Assembly (NCBI GenBank): GCA_025201805.1
Contig: MU619248.1
Coordinates: 248,001 to 312,000, forward strand
Reading direction: 5' to 3'
DNA length: 64,000 nt
Source of the DNA: Parasitella parasitica NRRL 2501
Lineage: Eukaryota; Fungi; Mucoromycota
Made by a program: the position numbers and the translations under genes. The notes beneath the pieces are model-generated. The model saw nothing but the letters and a program-made list of their open reading frames with translations. It did no database searches and was not told the origin of the DNA. This document shows positions 1 to 12,564 of this stretch, in pieces; within the stretch, counting starts at the first letter, position 1; the number at the start of each line of letters is the position of its first letter.

Positions 1-167
1 CAAACGCACACATAACACACTCTTGTATCTATAATTTATATATCTGCTCATACCCATTGTTCATATTTTTTAATGTAATTATTTGTTGATTTTGAAAGTT
101 TATACAGTGATATATATTTTTATATTTAATATTTACGTGTGCGAGGGAGAGTTACTTATCGCTTTTA

Positions 168-2758
168 CTACTGCAAATAGTGAATAGGAGTTGGACTAAT
201 ACTCATAGCCATCATTCCCGATGCCACGTCTTCATCTTCTGCTTCGTCTTCTTCTTCGTCGTCACTTTCATCTTCCTCATCCTCGTCCTCTTCTGCAATC
301 CATTCAAAGTAAATGTTGTCCACATACACACGACTACCGTCTAGTTTATAAGGATCGAACGGAAAGAAGGTCTGAACTGTTTGTAATAAACTAGCACTTC
401 CTAATCCCGGCACAAACACCTCACGATTCTTTTCTAAAACGGGGTATACGTACATGAAATGCGTATTGCGCGACAGTTTCGCAAATTGGCGAACAACAGC
501 GGGCGCGCACAGCTTGAGAGGGTTAAACTTGCTCATCACCAAGCGAGGCAAGTTTCGCAGGCCAACACACCAAGTGCGAGATGAGCCATTACCAAAGCCT
601 GATTCAGGATGCGTCAAATGGCGATGCTCTTCCGCAAACATGTCGTCTTCCGCGTCTTCATCCATCTCCAGCTCATTGTCAATCACAAGGTCTCTCCAAC
701 GGAAGCAGAAAATATACATGGTGGCTTGGACAACGGCATAAAACACATCATGCTTTGTACAATCCAAGCTGACAACCTGCGACTCGTACTGATCTACATA
801 GTTATCGCACCAAACAGATAAGGTCAGAACGACCCTTTGGATGGTACTAGAATCCAGAAACTTGGCACGGGCAACATACGATTGAATATAGGCAGCGGCG
901 GCAACGCGAGTGATGTTGGGCTTCAGTGGATCAAGGATGTGTTGAATTAAATGCTCTAAAAAGTAATCACTGTATACATTGACATTCAACGAGCAGAAAT
1001 AGAACAGTAAAAACTGCGTGTATCTTGATTTCAGCGTCTTGAGGACTGCACGATCGAAAATATCTACCAAAGCATGGAAAATTTCGTTCTGAACATCCAC
1101 AGAGGTAGATAGGCTGCACTTTTGAAAATATTGAAATGCTAGATTCATCATGGCATCCAGTTTGCGCACCATATTTTTGATCTGTTGAATAGAGTCTTTA
1201 CGGTCTGTATTATCATGAGACACTTGAGAATCGATACTAGCATCGTCTGACAAATCGGCCTCTTCATTGTCGAAATCATCTGCTGCTTCGTCTTCGCTGG
1301 CCTCTGACAGGTAATCGTCGTCGAAATTCATATCATAAACATCGAATTCAACATCTTCGTCCATTTCATCCAATTCAATTTGGATCTGTGCATCAATTTG
1401 AACCATTTGATCAATGACAATACCTAGGATCTGCTTGCGCAGCATAGGGACATATTCTGACACTTGTAAAATATTCTTGATATAGGCAGCTTGTTCAGCA
1501 GAATTGAAACGCTTGTGTGGCAGGAATCGGACCAGGCTCACAAACAAGGAGTTGGCGCCAGTAGGGATAAGTTGAAGGATGCATTGTAAAGCTTCATGAT
1601 GACGATCATATGATTGAGTTCGAGTAACTGAGGAACCTTCTGGGATATGAGTGCCTGCATTGTATGCTTGTTAATTGCTGCATATTCGCTCCAAATACAA
1701 CAAACTTACGGTATCTGAACCCCTGGATAAGCGCATTCAAGGTGGGCACAACATAAAATGCATGGGCCGAGACTAAATTCTCCAAGAAATCGATATACGC
1801 ATTGACAAATGCTCTGTTTCGGAAGCTCCAGTCTATCATTAAAGCGGCTTCGACCAATGTAGCGCAAGATTTGTCCAAAGAAGAAACTGATTGCGATAAA
1901 ACGACGATCCAAATATATAATTTAAGCGTAGAGGGCGCTTCAGGGCTTGAAGGGTCTCTACCGAGAATTTCAACCAATTCATTGTAGCGAGTAGCATTGC
2001 CCTATTTGAAAAAGAATGAGTTAATCATCAGCACCTATTGCATAATTTTAAACAGAAATTATACAAAAAAAAAGGTGGAAAAAGATTGGGTTACTTCTTT
2101 TTTTTAAGAAAAAAAAAGCTGCTTTTTCATTATAATGGGTAACTATTGTGTTTTTGTCTCGTCAGAGGCCATATAAATTTGTTTTTACAATAGGCATTTG
2201 ATGGTCTCCAACTACTGAACAATATTTGTTATCCCCATTTATGAAAAAAAACGAATAGTGTCCCTTTTTTTCTTTCTTTTTAATTGAAATATAATCAAAG
2301 ATGGAAATAATGATATTATGTAGATACTTTCTGGACCCTTCAAAAGCGAAAAGCAATTACCCGAACGTAATCAATGCAATTGTATTGAATACGGGGACAT
2401 GCCGCAGTAGTTGGTTTTTTTTTTATAGATAAAAAAAAAAATAGCCCAAAAAAAAATCCAATATTGACCCAAACAGCCATCATCAATGGATGATGTGTGA
2501 TAAACAGAAAAGAGAAACCACAATATAACTAATCCCAATGGCATGAAATTAAGAGATATAATAGTTTACCTGATCTTTTTCTCGGAGAGCACCCAATACA
2601 AATGATTTCATGATAAGCTTCATGTTGTTGAGCTTTTCTTTACTGACATTTTCATTAGTTTCTTCCGTCTCAGCAACAGAGGGTATATTGGAATTTTTAG
2701 AAAATTCTTGAGAGTCTTGAACTGTAGTCGAGTTCATATTAGGTGAACGTACTGGCAT
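168..2758 (-). CDS. RRN3: RNA polymerase I transcription initiation factor RRN3 (3 exons; introns 2002-2569 and 1655-1709)
   Basis: RRN3-type motifs FLPHKR, QIDAQIQIE, KLDAMM, LKTLKSRYTQFLLFYFCS, AAAAYIQSYVARAKFL, FYAVVQATMYIFCFRW, KFNPLKLC and FFPFDPY; GT-AG junctions join the 2758, 1977 and 1547 ORFs in frame. Confidence 0.93.
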
Positions 2759-2824
2759 GATTGCAGATTATATGAATAAAAAAGAAAGTGTAAATGTATT
2801 AAGGTAAATGTTCTTTCTTTCTTT

Positions 2825-3034
2825 NNNNNNNNNNNNNNNNNNNNNNNNNNNNNNNNNNNNNNNNNNNNNNNNNNNNNNNNNNNNNNNNNNNNNNNNNNNN
2901 NNNNNNNNNNNNNNNNNNNNNNNNNNNNNNNNNNNNNNNNNNNNNNNNNNNNNNNNNNNNNNNNNNNNNNNNNNNNNNNNNNNNNNNNNNNNNNNNNNNN
3001 NNNNNNNNNNNNNNNNNNNNNNNNNNNNNNNNNN
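2825..3034. other. assembly gap (N run)
   Basis: run of N. Confidence 1.
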
Positions 3035-3142
3035 CTATATATATAAAGAGATACATGTTGGCAAAGGCTTCTAAATCTCTTTTCCTTTTCATTTTCTCTT
3101 CACTTTTTTTTTTATTCATATATAGTTCATTTCTGATTCGAC

Positions 3143-4349
3143 ATGTATAATCATCATATCAAGTAAGTAGATCAAGAAATTCAAATGAAATTGCATAAAC
3201 TTATCTTCATTCTTTAGTCACTGTTATTATGGCGTAAATCAGAATGATGGTGCTAAAAACTTGAATCAGACACAAGACCTTGCATTTGCAGCCAATACAG
3301 GAGTATCTCAATTTGCTAATAGTTGTTATGCGCATCAGTTGCCATCACCCCCACTCGAACAGCAAAAAGAAAGTCTCTGGTACGATCAAGGGAATTCTTA
3401 TTACCAACAGCACCACCAAATCAACCATCAAATCAACCTTGGTTACAATGCCATCCCTTGTACATTTAACCATAATGAAATAGCCAGTCCTCAGGAACTT
3501 GTTTTATTCAGTTTATTGCAAGAGCAACAACAAGATCACCAGCAGGCGCGTTGCCATGATAACCAATTGATTCAATATGATGATCAGGAATCATCATTGA
3601 GTAAGTGGGCGCTTGCCCGCGCTAATTTTCAACAAAATAATCTGAAGGGAGGGGCACTTCCACTATCCCCTAAGAGTATGCAATCAACTGATACTTTTGA
3701 TTCCTCTCCCAGTATTGATGTCTCTTGTTTTTCTCATCATATCTATTCCCAAACAAATCCACTTGTTATTAGCCACCTATCATTAACTCCACCACAGAGG
3801 CAATACTACAATCACCAACTAATAGTCAACACTAACCATCCCAACATCTTTTCTTCTCAAAGTTCGAACAAAAGCGACGATTCTCAAGAAATTGCGCAAA
3901 TACAATACCAACAACAGTTTCATCAAACAAAAGAGCAGCAACAAGAACACGAAGGACCCAAACAACAACAACAACAACAGCCCAAACAACGCAAGAAAAC
4001 AACCAGAAAAAGAGCCTCCCGTAGTCAACTTCAATGCACAACTTGTTTCAAAACATTCTCTCGCCCATACAATCTCAAATCGCATCAACGGACGCATACA
4101 AAAGAACGACCATTTCTATGTCTTTATCCAGATTGTGGATGGACATTTGCCCGTCCTCATGACCTGAAAAGACACGAACTTTTGCATTCTGGCGTGAAGC
4201 CTTTTCAATGTGTGTGTGGCAAACGATTTGCTAGAAGCGACGCTTATAAACGACATCAATCTGTAGACATTAAATGCGCTATTTTAGCATTGCCTCAACA
4301 AAGGAAGAGAAAAAGAAGAAGTGATGCTATCGATCATGAAGCTTCTTGA
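3143..4349 (+). CDS. C2H2 zinc-finger transcription factor with Q-rich N-terminus (intron 3163-3217)
   Basis: ATG at 3143 with an AA|GTAAGT...TTTAG intron restoring the frame; fingers [44 protein letters not shown] and [16 protein letters not shown] (Crz1/Msn2-like layout); basic NLS at the C-terminus. Confidence 0.9.
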
Positions 4350-5472
4350 ATACCAACATGTAACCTCAGCACTCCTTTTTGTTCCATTCCAAAAACTTCA
4401 AGAACTCCCAATTATGTATGACATTCTACCATATGATCAACTTTTTCCTTTTCACCCCAAAACGAATAACTGCTATGTATATTTATGTTCGTTTTACATA
4501 CGATAACATATCATACTTCAATAAATGTATGCCAATTTTGTAAAATATGCTCTTTATCTTCGGTCCTTTTCCAACATATTTGGTAGCAAGGCATAATTTT
4601 TTAAATGCGTTTTGCTCATCTCCACGACTTGTTAACATAATGATTTCAAGCCGTTGCTTACTTATACAATGGACTTAAAACGATATGCACAAGGAATTGC
4701 ATATCAGAAGTCTTTGTTTAACAAGAAAAAGCTTATTTTTATTTAAACATATCCAGCTTTTATTCCCGTAGTGTTGTTGTATACACAACAAAACAAGGTT
4801 AGAGTTCCTCTTGATTCTATGTATTATATTACTCTTTGAATCTTATATTAGTTTATCCAAGACAACTTTGGATGCGTATAAGCTGTTTCCTGTTAAATAT
4901 TTCACCCCCACATTTTAAACTGGAAAAGGCATTTATTTGCTCACTGAGAGCAACCAACAGCAGTATTTCACATGTTGATACTTGCAAAAAGTGCCACATT
5001 TGTCTGTTGAAATGATGGAATGTTGACACTCTTTTAGTTACTGTATAAATTCACGTGTATAAATTAAAGGCAACGTATGCAAACTATGTAATATACACTT
5101 AAGTCTTATTCACAATGAAGAAAGTTTTATACAAATGCACGCTAAGTCTAACATGAAACAATTTCATAGAAGAACTGACATAGCTGAATGTCTATTGTTA
5201 AATAATATACAAACTGATTACTGCTTTTTGTCTTTCATATGTGGATGATGCCGTCTATTGCATTGTATTATCATGTAGTAAAGATATTAAATGTGCCATG
5301 AAAAGCAGGCGCATACGTAAATGATTCATTTATTCTAATTATACATGCATTTACATGGTTTGTTTGTTTGTAGAATATAACATGGATATGACCTAAATGG
5401 TATAAAGTCGTGTTTTTTTCTTCATCTTAGTGCAAATCGTCAAAGTGTATTATATAGTATATGGACAAGATC

Positions 5473-5528
<56 letters not shown>

Positions 5529-7690
5529 CATCAGGAGATAAATGTATATAGAGATCAACCTTTTCTTGATACATCAAATGCAATAAATAAAGAAAGGTCA
5601 TTTGGGGGGAGGAGGAGGAGGAGGTGAGGACCATATATATCCATCATATCTTAATCTATCTAAAATTATTCTATTACTTTTCGGATTTATCGCACGACAC
5701 TCTCTGTCATACCTATCATCTCCAAGACGCTGTAGAAAGTCTTATACTGCAGTAAATCAGCAGTGCAGTTTCAATTGCATGAGATGATTTGGCGAGGATC
5801 ATTTCAATGGTATTTGCAGCACAAGCCATACACAGTTGCTCTATGAAATTCTGAACTTGAGTGCTTTCACTTTAAGCGTATGTGTATACTGTGCTCAAAG
5901 AGAAAAAACAAGATGTTTTATAACCCCCAACTAACTTTGTCTGAATTGTCTTTGATCTAGAGCAAGAGAAACGATGATTAATCGACAACATTTATACTAC
6001 CCTGACCAAAAAAAAAGAGAAGAAGATTCTCTTACCATTATTTACCTTTTTATATTCTTAAATTCTCATAATACACATCCATAAAATAAAATGAAGTGGA
6101 ACAGGCATGTATTCGACAAAACGGTCCTAAATATGGAAGATGGTTTACAATTGGTAATTTTTAAGCCTTATATTGAACTGTATTAAACTAAACAAACGGC
6201 AGCTTTTCCGATCCTTTACATATCCAAAAGTTTCGCGATGTATTTGTCCATGTAAAGAAGTAAGCATTCAAGTCTTTCAGAAAATGAGTTCTGATTTAGC
6301 ATTGTCTGCATATTCAGAGAATGAACGTCGGCTAGTCTATTACATGTTGCTTGACCGACTGAAACATGTATATTCAATGACAATTTAGGCAAAACCGAAC
6401 CATGATATCTTTTGACCTTTATTAAACTACCTAAATTCTGGATCGGATAAACGTGTTTCGACTCTTTACTTTGGTCATGATCAATCCTGAAAAAGAACCT
6501 ATCCATATCAAGCCATTAATCTTGGATGTAAGCCATCAGCATGTAGGAAGCAGGGCTAATTACTCATGTATAAATGATGAGAAAATTTAAATCGTATTGT
6601 ATCAAGAATTTGGCAATCTTTTGTGTACTACATAAAAAAAAAAGGATAATAATGCTCCTAAATATTGAAAGCTTTCAACATATTTATACAAAAAAGTTTG
6701 TGTTAAAAAATATTATGAGATTCGACGAATGATACTGTAAGAATTTTTGAAATTGGTAGACAAAAATATCATTTCATCGATGTAATAAAAATCTTTATAA
6801 TTCATACATTGAAAAAAGCGGTGATTTCGATTTACCTTTATTGCACCAGCCTTCATACATTAATTCAGAAGTTTGACAATACCAGAAATTATTGTTTCCG
6901 CATATCTTTGTAACAAAAGGATAACATAATACAAGACATGCAGTTTTGGAAAAAAGAGAAAGGCAGCAAAAAGAAAACTTACGGCATTTGATAACTGCAA
7001 TGTTGTGCACGCTACACATATTCTGACTGTAAAAGTCCGCAAATCGAGCCAAATGTGTGCGACAATGCGTTGATATTATCATGGATGGAAATTTGTATCG
7101 CAATCTACATGATTTCAGTAGAGATCCCTCATCTCCTGTCTTTTCTCTGCAATGCCTCAGTGTTATCTTGATAAAATGATCGGTTATTTCTAATTTAAGT
7201 AATGTGCTAGAATTAAAATGTCGTTCAGTCTTTCCGACAACTACTATATTGGTTTGAAGGGTTCCACAACAAATTGATGTATTTTGTACAATCCTGATGC
7301 TTTCAAAATACAAGACCCCCGTCATATAGCTTATATGCTTCAAAAATAGTAAAACTAGGAACGTAAAAAAAGCTTAAAAACCATATTGGATTATTAGACG
7401 CATTAGAGTCCTAGATATTTTTCAATTATAGTCTTTCTCCTTGTTTCATATCCGTCGCACAGACATAATAATATGAAAAAGTTGACATGTATAATCAAGA
7501 AACTTGAGCGATAAGGAATCTACAATCACAACTAAAACTGAACCAATTTCTGGTATAATTGGTTTGACTGCAGTACTTGCCCTACTAAGTTTATCTTGAT
7601 GTGCATAAGACAATCGCTCGTCATGGTTCCCCTGCACCTATCACTTTAGCACACTTTTCACCTTCAAAGCATAATTTATCATTTTACATA

Positions 7691-7829
7691 GAGTCACGTA
7701 AGATTCTAACTTATATATAAATTAATACTCTTAACTATGAATCTAATAAAATATAGTGGCTGATGATCGAAGATCTCATTTTGCATTCCATATTATGGCG
7801 AGTGAATCCCCGACCCTAAGAAAGAGTCA
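7691..7829. promoter_or_regulatory. two GAGTCA (TGACTC) motifs upstream of ADE1, Gcn4/Bas1-type sites
   Basis: GAGTCA at 7691-7696 and 7824-7829, within 230 bp of the ADE1 ATG. Confidence 0.45.
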
Positions 7830-7919
7830 TCATCTATTCCTGTCAGTCATAGATTTAGATTTTCCAAAGCATCTAATTTTTCTTTTGCATACATATCTTT
7901 TCTTTTTAAACCAACAACA

Positions 7920-9120
7920 ATGGCATTATTAAACAGGTATGTATATGCTGGGTAAGCCTAAGCAGTTATTGACAATCCTTTAATAGCGACTGTCCAGACC
8001 TTAAACTTATTGCTCGTGGTAAGGTGCGCGATTTGTATGAAGTCGATGAGAAATCGCTTTTATTTGTTGCCACTGATCGCATTAGTGCCTTTGATGTGAT
8101 AATGAAGAATGTAAGTTTGAATTATGTTTCTCAAACACAAACTGGAAAAGAGGAGGCACAGGGAGTAGAGGGAGAGGAAGCAGGAGGTGTTTGTGGTATT
8201 CCCTCCGCCTTTTTTTTTTTACAAGGCAAAGATATTAAAACCATCTTATTAGTCGATTCCCGGCAAAGGCAAGATTTTGACGGAAATCTCCTTGTTTTGG
8301 TTTGACTTGTTGAAGGACATCTTACCCAACCATTTGATAACTGCTAATTTCGATGAAATGCCTGAAAATGTTCAAAAATACCGCGAACAACTTGATGGAC
8401 GTTCTATTTTGGTAAAAAAAATGCGTGTTGTCCCTATTGAAGCCATTGTTCGTGGATATATTACAGGCTCTGGTTGGTCAGAATACAAGAAAAAGGGTAC
8501 TATTTGTGATATTCCTCTTCCCGAGGGCTTGGTCGAGAGCCAGAAGCTCCCCAAAGTTCTTTTTACCCCTAGCACCAAGGCCGAGATCGGTGACCATGGT
8601 AAGCTGCAGCAAATTCTTATTTGCCGAATGCGTTCTAACAATTCTCAGATGAGAATATTCACCCTTCAAAAATGGTCGAGATTTTGGGTGACAAGGAATT
8701 AGCCGAGAAAATTGAAAAATCTGCAGTGCTTCTTTATGCTAAAGCTAGTGAATATGCTGCCAGTAAAGGTATTATCATTGCTGATACCAAGTTCGAGTTT
8801 GGTTTAGACGAAAATGGCGATTTGGTTTTGGTTGATGAAGTGCTAACTCCAGGTATGTGATACAGGAGAAGTGTAGCATATAATGCATCTTTTCTAAGTT
8901 GATTCGGAATGTAGACTCTTCTCGTTTCTGGCCTGCTAGTAAATACGAAGCTGGTCATGCACAAGACAGCTTTGACAAGCAATTCTTACGCGATTACCTC
9001 GAATCAATTAATTTCGACAAAAACACTAGCATCGAGCTTCCTCAAGATGTTATCAATGATACGCTTGATAAATACAAGGAGGCTTTCCTGTTGTTAACTG
9101 GTAAAGAAATCAACTTATAA
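7920..9120 (+). CDS. ADE1: SAICAR synthetase (5 exons)
   Basis: Motifs [74 protein letters not shown] and SFDKQFLRD. Confidence 0.97.
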
Positions 9121-10305
9121 GAATGGCGTTATAAACTGTAAATTGTAAAATAAAAAACCTAAACCCTGCATCATCTCAATGCAAGTAAATCATATAACCC
9201 CACCAATGTATTGTAATGCCTGTTGAGCGTGCCATCTCGCCACTGGACGTCTAATTCAGGTACTATGCAGGCATTTTATATTGCTTGTTTACTAAATCCA
9301 TTTTATTAATTCACTAGAACTAGCACACACCGCATACCAACCAAATAGATGCTAGTCTAAACTGATGACAAGACGAGCCTTTGCTACGAGATTTGTTTGC
9401 TAGCTCAAAATGGGTGTTTTTCATGAGAAAATGTGAGATGAGCATGTTCAACAAATAAATATATGTTGTAAAAACTGAATTCGCTAGAATGCCTGGAACA
9501 TTACATTTTTGCATTTCTTGTATCCCTGAATTTAAATGACCATCCTACTGCGTTTTCAATAGTTGTGCTATGAAAGAAGTATTTTTAAAACTCGCGCATG
9601 TCTCTGTTAACATGGTAATGCTCGATTCAATATAGCAGTAATTCATATATATATATATATATAAAGACAGAGGGAACGCAAGAAGGAGATCGCTGTCTTT
9701 TTATGGTAGACGAGAAGGAGCCATCTGCTATTTATAAACGCTAAAGGGATACAGATATACTTCTATGAATTCTAACGATGCTTGAATCTGGAGAATAGAC
9801 CTTAAAATGTAGATATATAATAGCTCTACATTTCTTCCACAGATATGGCCATATCCCTTGCTAATTATTATTTGTTGAGGATACTACTGACAGATCATTA
9901 ATCACTAATTTTAATTCATATACACGTTCATTTGTCAGTGGTCCAAGTAATAGTAAACGGTTATTTTTAATCAACCTATAAGTACAGCAACCATTAATCA
10001 ATGTATCACCAACGCAATTGTGGTATCACTGCTAATTGTTTGAGAGGGTGAATATGTCTAGATTTAGGTTAGTGCTCCCTTTCTGATAATCGAAGAACAG
10101 AGTTTAACAGCTTTAATTTCAACTCCTTTTACTGAAGGTTCAAGTTTCCTTGCCTATATATCAAATGTCTAACATATATTCTCTTCTTTTTTCTTTTCCT
10201 AAACTTTCCCTCTCTTTGTATTATATATTAATATCAAGTATTTATAGACTTATAAATATTTGAATAGACCCGATCTCATCCTTTTTGCGACAATAGTAAT
10301 AACAA

Positions 10306-10743
10306 ATGTTTGCTATTCGTGCCTGTATCTTAATCATTGCATCAATTTCTCTTCTTTCATCCTTCGTCAGTGCATATGGCCAAATCGCACAAGTTGTTGA
10401 TTCAAAAAACTTTTGCGTTTTTCTGCCACCTAACGACTCAACAGACAGAATAATTTCTGATACAGAATGGAACGCCCAAGCTTTTTGTATTGGTAATACT
10501 CCAAAGGCTAAAAACGCTGGTAACTTGGACCCTGATTTCATTCAATCGGCTCATTACCTCAAGACTGACCAGTACGTACAAGTTACTGGCCAAATTAATC
10601 CCGCTAAGGCCAACTTGATAGCTGCAGATGAAGGTGGCCAAATGGATATCAAAGCTCCCAAGGGTTCCAGCTGTGCAGGCTGGAAGTTTTACGTCAATTT
10701 GATCGAACCTGCTAGTAACACCTTTTGTATGCGCTGTTGTGTA

Positions 10744-10774
<31 letters not shown>

Positions 10775-11562
10775 GAAAAATATTTATTTTGCTTGCAATG
10801 GGTCATTAACCGCACTATTCTCAGAATGATAATAGGACATGCAATCGTGGTATTTCCGAGAAGGGTTGTGCTCATATTATTCCTGGTGATTACAGTGGCC
10901 CTTACGGTGCTGATGGATCAGCTCCTTCCGCTAACGACACCCCTACAACAACTACAAGCTCTGCCATCAAGCATACAACCACCAAAAAAGCAAGAAAAAC
11001 TTCTACCCCTAAGAAGAGTACTTTTGCTACATCTTCCAAGGCTGCTGCGACTGAAACTGCTACTTCTGGTGATGCCACCAACGCTGCTCGTGGTTCCCAC
11101 GCCTCTGGTGCATCTGATCTTGCCAAGGCTGTTGGTAGCTCTAATTTTTCCAAGGCATCTGATGTCACTGACGCACCCGATGCCTCCAATGCCTCCAATG
11201 CCTCCAATGCCTCCGATGCCTCCGATGCCTCCGATGCCTCCGATGCCTCCGATGCCTCTAACGATTCTTCTGAAAATGCTTCTTCAGGCAATGCCAGTGA
11301 TAGTGATCTGGCTTCCAGTGGCACCGCTACTACATCAGAACCTCCAGTTGCCACCAATGACGAGCCTGTGCTTTCCTCTACGTCTGTATCTTCTTCCACT
11401 AGTACGGATGCGCCAGGCGAAACCACGACTCCACCCACCAAATTATTGAGTCAAAACGAAAAGGTTTTTGAGCAATCTGTTAATGAAGTTGGCCAATTTC
11501 GACCTACAATAATAACTATTACCGTTGTCATGGTTACAATAATCATGATGGCGCTTCAATAA
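10306..11562 (+). CDS. secreted Cys-domain plus Ser/Thr-rich surface glycoprotein, probable GPI/TM anchor (intron 10741-10824)
   Basis: Hydrophobic signal peptide; Cys-rich N-domain (FCVFLPP, YVQVTGQI, DEGGQMD, FCMRCC, CNRGISEKGC) resembling fungal MP88/macrophage-activating-glycoprotein domains; S/T/A-rich stalk; hydrophobic C-terminus. Confidence 0.8.
11179..11259 (+). repeat. 9-bp coding tandem repeat RATGCCTCC x9 (DAS/NAS)
   Basis: nine consecutive GATGCCTCC/AATGCCTCC units, the last ending TCT. Confidence 0.97.
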
Positions 11563-11808
11563 ATGCATAATGGTACTCCTGATCTAGTTGACCAAAAGGT
11601 ATTGTTCTATTACATCTTCAATTTGCCCTTCAAATGTGCTATATATCAAATTGTCGTTTGTTGGCTTGTGTTGTCATGCACCGCTATTATCGCATTAATC
11701 TTTGAGGACACGTTGAAGAAATCGGGACATGAATATCGAAAGGTGGTGATTATAAATTTCTTGACACAACATTACTTCTTATTTTGTTGCATCTCGAGAA
11801 GACCAGAA

Positions 11809-12506
11809 ATGTTATCAGATTCACTCAGTAAATACAAAGCATGATAGCTAAAATTGTTTGTTTTTTTAACGGTTTATAGGACAATTGGTTGGATTTATAT
11901 TAGGTACGAGAACAATCCGCGAAATTACTAGAATGCATTATCGAACTCTTAACTAACTTTGTTTGATAAAGTGGCCATGTGTTGGGGATCCACTAATCCC
12001 TTGATTAAGGCTGGAAGTGCTGGTTTGGATAAAGTATCCGAAAAATACCCAGAAGGTGGTTTAAAGAAGTTACTGGCAGAATTAAAGTATCTATTCACCA
12101 AGTGGCAGGTACGTTCCTGAAGAGCTGTATATAATCGTGGCTAGACTATTTTGCTTGCATTATAGTATGTCTTGCCTTTGCTGCTTAATCTGAGCGGATC
12201 TGTTGTATACTACTACACATTGGGAAAGTCGGGTATTTCACTCCCTGGAGGAAGGGATACGAGAGATAAAATTACTCATAATTTTGAAAATAGACATGTC
12301 GCTCGCAGTGCCAATCACCAACTCATTGACGTTTATATTCTCACTGTTGACTGGCCTTTGTTTAGGGGAAAAGATCGGTGGAAAAGGTATTCAATGTTAC
12401 AAAAGTGATTCGACTGCTTGATTGGCATTAACATGTAACGTATGCAGATGCTTGGTTGGGCATGGGATTAGTAGTAGTCGGCGTAGCCATATGTGTCAGT
12501 GGATAA
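11809..12506 (+). CDS. TMEM234: TMEM234-family small membrane protein (6 short exons)
   Basis: Spliced translation VAMCWGSTNPLIKAGS...YVLPLLLNLSGSVVYYYTLGKSDMSLAVPITNSLTFIFSLLTG...GE...LGMGLVVVGVAICVSG carries the family motifs WGxTNP and SLAVPITNSLTF. Confidence 0.88.
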
Positions 12507-12564
12507 AATTAATAAATCCCAAGCGCGTTTCTTGAAAACTTTTCTTTTTTAGCTTTACATTCTA

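Noticed and set aside
2208-2414. RNase MRP or hammerhead ribozyme in or beside the RRN3 intron stem
   Set aside because: No GARAGUCCCC CR-I, and the nearby CTGACGA is not followed by a stem II and GAAA core
6173-7637. Short ORFs including the 182-aa minus-strand ORF
   Set aside because: No recognisable motifs or coherent splice model; probably decayed repeat DNA that I cannot classify
9216-9230. 5.8S rRNA-like ATGCCTGTTGAGCGT
   Set aside because: Only about 15 nt of similarity with no flanking rDNA
10739-11449. Alternative-frame and antisense ORFs (PPM and EAS repeats)
   Set aside because: Shadows of the 9-bp repeat in the real secreted-protein frame
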